64,000 nt of DNA from Octopus sinensis (Eukaryota), in contig NC_042997.1 of assembly GCF_006345805.1 (NCBI RefSeq), positions 30,504,001 to 30,568,000 on the forward strand, given 5' to 3'. Positions 61,633 to 64,000 of the stretch are shown here, in pieces. Numbering within the stretch: position 1 is the first letter of the stretch; every line of letters begins with the position of its first letter. Position numbers and translations under genes: made by a program. The notes beneath the pieces are model-generated. The model saw only the letters and a list, made by a program, of their open reading frames with translations. It was not told the DNA's origin and did no database searches.

Positions 61633-61783
61633 TTCGAAAGATTCCTTTTGTTTACTAAAAACGAGCGACAGGCATTACAGGCATTTCGATGACAAACTTC
61701 CAGGTGAAAATTACGAGGCCGATATGCAGTGTAAGCTACGACACGGGCCAGAATATCGTTATTGCAGTGATTTAACTACAATT
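61633..61783 (+). CDS. ADAMTS-like metalloprotease exon 8 (start of disintegrin-like domain)
   Basis: tctcctttgcag|T, ATT|gtatgt. SKDSFCLLKTSDRHYRHFDDKLPGENYEADMQCKLRHGPEYRYCSDLTTI contains the ADAMTS LPGxxYxADxQC motif. Phase 2 to 0; no further exon found before 64000. Confidence 0.92.
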
Positions 61784-62767
61784 GTATGTTTTATGTCACA
61801 TCTCACAATCTTCCCTCTAATGTGAAAAAAAAAAAATTGATGTGTGTTTGTTTAAGTGTATTCGTTTGGATTTTATAAACGTGAGAAGAAAAAGGTACTC
61901 AATGCATGTAATAATGCTTTGATTCGTTCATGAGATGTCACTCTGTCGTAATTCTAAGTTCCCTGAGTTCATTTTTTGCAGTAAAAAGGAGACAGTAAAC
62001 TCAGAATAGCGTCGAAGAGAAGCCTTACCTTCGAATCAATGGAGACAGACGGAGAGATAGATAGGGGAAAGAGTGGGTGGGAGGTTGTTGTTTTTTAAAA
62101 CTTTTTTCTGTAAGCTTATTGTTCTATATGAAAAGTATCTCTAACCTTTTTTCTAAAACGCGGAGAGACAAGATGCGAATCTAACAACTGAAGGATCGCG
62201 GTTTCATCTAATTTCGTTCAATCAGCTCTGATGCAACTAGAATCACGCATGCAATCACTGACAGAGCATTGATCATTATCTAGATTGAATTATCCGATTG
62301 TGGAAATTAATGAGAACATATCCAAATGCCCTGTACTGTATTACCATTTGTGTTACATAATTTTCTGCGAACACTTCTGAACTAAATCTATCATCGACTG
62401 ATATTAGACGACACTGATCTGATTAAATGTTGATTCTACTTCTTTTAATGGAACTTGCATGCGTCTATATATTTGTGTACAGTTTTGTGTGTATGTGTCT
62501 GTGTGTGTGTGTGTGTGTGGTGTGTGTGTGTGTGTGTGTGTGTGTGTAAGCATTTTCCATGACTTTAGTATACTATTTCAAAAATACATTCAAACATAAA
62601 TTGCTTCAACGGAAAAGCAGGCTCGGGTTACCAACTAAATGATCACAAACATATTACTCAAAGTACTAGAATTCGGAGCATTTCAGATATAATGTATCAA
62701 AGAATATTCCACACTCAATACGAATTTCCTAATTTATCACTTATATAATATATATATATATATTTAA

Positions 62768-63012
62768 AATAATAGCCAAACGCCCCCAGTCCAATGGACG
62801 GTGCTGATGTACTTGCGCGTACAAACGCACGTTCCCACGGCTTTATCGATCGCATTCTCACCTGGAATCGATTTTTGTAATTTTTTCAAGACTTATACAC
62901 GCCCTGATACCGTCGGTATCTACATATCAAATTTGAGCGCAATCGGATGGAGGATGCCCGAGATCCTATAAGACACACACACAGATAGACAGAACGGATT
63001 TTATATAATAGA
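62768..63012 (-). mobile_element. Non-autonomous Helitron, 5' part
   Basis: Minus strand begins TCtattatataaaatccgttctgtctatctgtg. Body is homologous to 17815-18105. Confidence 0.6.
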
Positions 63013-63258
63013 CTAAACATGCCTGCCTCTAGAAGAAAGAGGACTAATGCTTAGGTAGAGTATGGATTTTATTGACAGCAGACTCCTTTACAGCGACTGA
63101 CCAATTTCATCTAGTAATAAGCCTAGTGAACCACCGTGAGGAACCATACATCGAATTCTCTCCCTCTACATATGTGTGTGTGTACATACACGTGCATACT
63201 ATATACACTTTCTTGATCTCCTCTAAATCTGACTCTCCTCTTCTTCTTTCTTGCTTAA

Positions 63259-63675
63259 TACTCTTTACTCTTTTTACTCTTTTACTTGTTTCAGTCATTT
63301 GACTGCGGCCATGCTGGAGCACCGCCTTTAGTCGAGCAAATCGACCCCGGGACTTATTCTTTGTAAGCCCAGTACTTATTCTATCGGTCTCTTTTTGCCG
63401 AATCGCTAAGTGACGGGGACGTAAACACACCAGCATCGGTTGTCAAGCAATGCTAGGGGGACAAACACAGACACACAAACACACACACACATATATATAT
63501 ATACATATATACGACAGGCTTCTTTCAGTTTCCGTCTACCAAATCCACTCACAAGGCATTGGTCGGCCCGGGGCTATAGCAGAAGACACTTGCCCAAGAT
63601 GCCACGCAGTGGGACTGAACCCGGAACCATGTGGTTGGTTAGCAAGCTACTTACCACACAGCCACTCCTGCGCCT
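63259..63675 (-). mobile_element. SINE family A
   Basis: Full-length reverse copy. Confidence 0.9.
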
Positions 63676-64000
63676 ATAATCTCTCTAATATTTTTATGTA
63701 CGATGTGAGTACATCAATGTGTAACGGAATGTTGTATGTGCGTATGTGTAGGTTCGTGCGTATTACTCGTGCATAAATTTGTACCTTTCACCTGTTGATT
63801 CCCACAAAGTCTATTTATTCTTGCTTAACAAATCACCTTCCGATTTAATCCGCGTTGTATTAATTTTATCTCATTTATCTTCACTCTCTCATATATTTTC
63901 ATCTCAAATCCCTTTTTTATTTCTTTAATCTCATCTAGCCACTTTACTTTTCTCTCCTATCTTCTCTCTTTCCCTCTCACACACTCACTCACGTTCTCAT

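Overview
AT-rich, repeat-dense eukaryotic DNA with one N-gap (1011-1110). It is almost certainly octopus: I recognise the tRNA-derived SINE families and microsatellite load as octopus-like, but did not check a database. The one well-supported host gene is a + strand ADAMTS-type zinc metalloprotease. I reconstructed 8 GT-AG exons with consistent phases (34625-34974, 42742-42913, 44449-44624, 46822-46905, 50827-50977, 53673-53778, 59799-59939, 61633-61783; 1331 nt, about 443 aa). They encode the M12B prodomain, a furin site (KRRTRR), the catalytic domain with HEIGHSFGLEHD plus Met-turn, and the start of the disintegrin-like domain. The signal-peptide exon was not found, and the gene continues past the window end. 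The rest is a dense TE landscape. It includes at least three tRNA-SINE families (called A, B and C here), MITEs with clean TIRs/TSDs, decayed mariner, DD37D, pogo, hAT and Merlin transposases, Helitron/Helentron pieces, Tx1- and R4/Dong-like LINE remnants, and short Penelope-like repeats with minimal hammerhead motifs. The most unusual signals are: (1) head-to-tail SINE-C concatemers with one fixed junction at the loop of a covarying hairpin, inserted as single TSD-flanked units; (2) minimal, dimer-type hammerhead motifs with a shared non-canonical core; (3) a protease catalytic domain in which acidic calcium ligands appear replaced by basic residues. Most ORFs in the supplied track are microsatellite or SINE artefacts. 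Repeat boundaries are read by eye and approximate unless TSDs are quoted.
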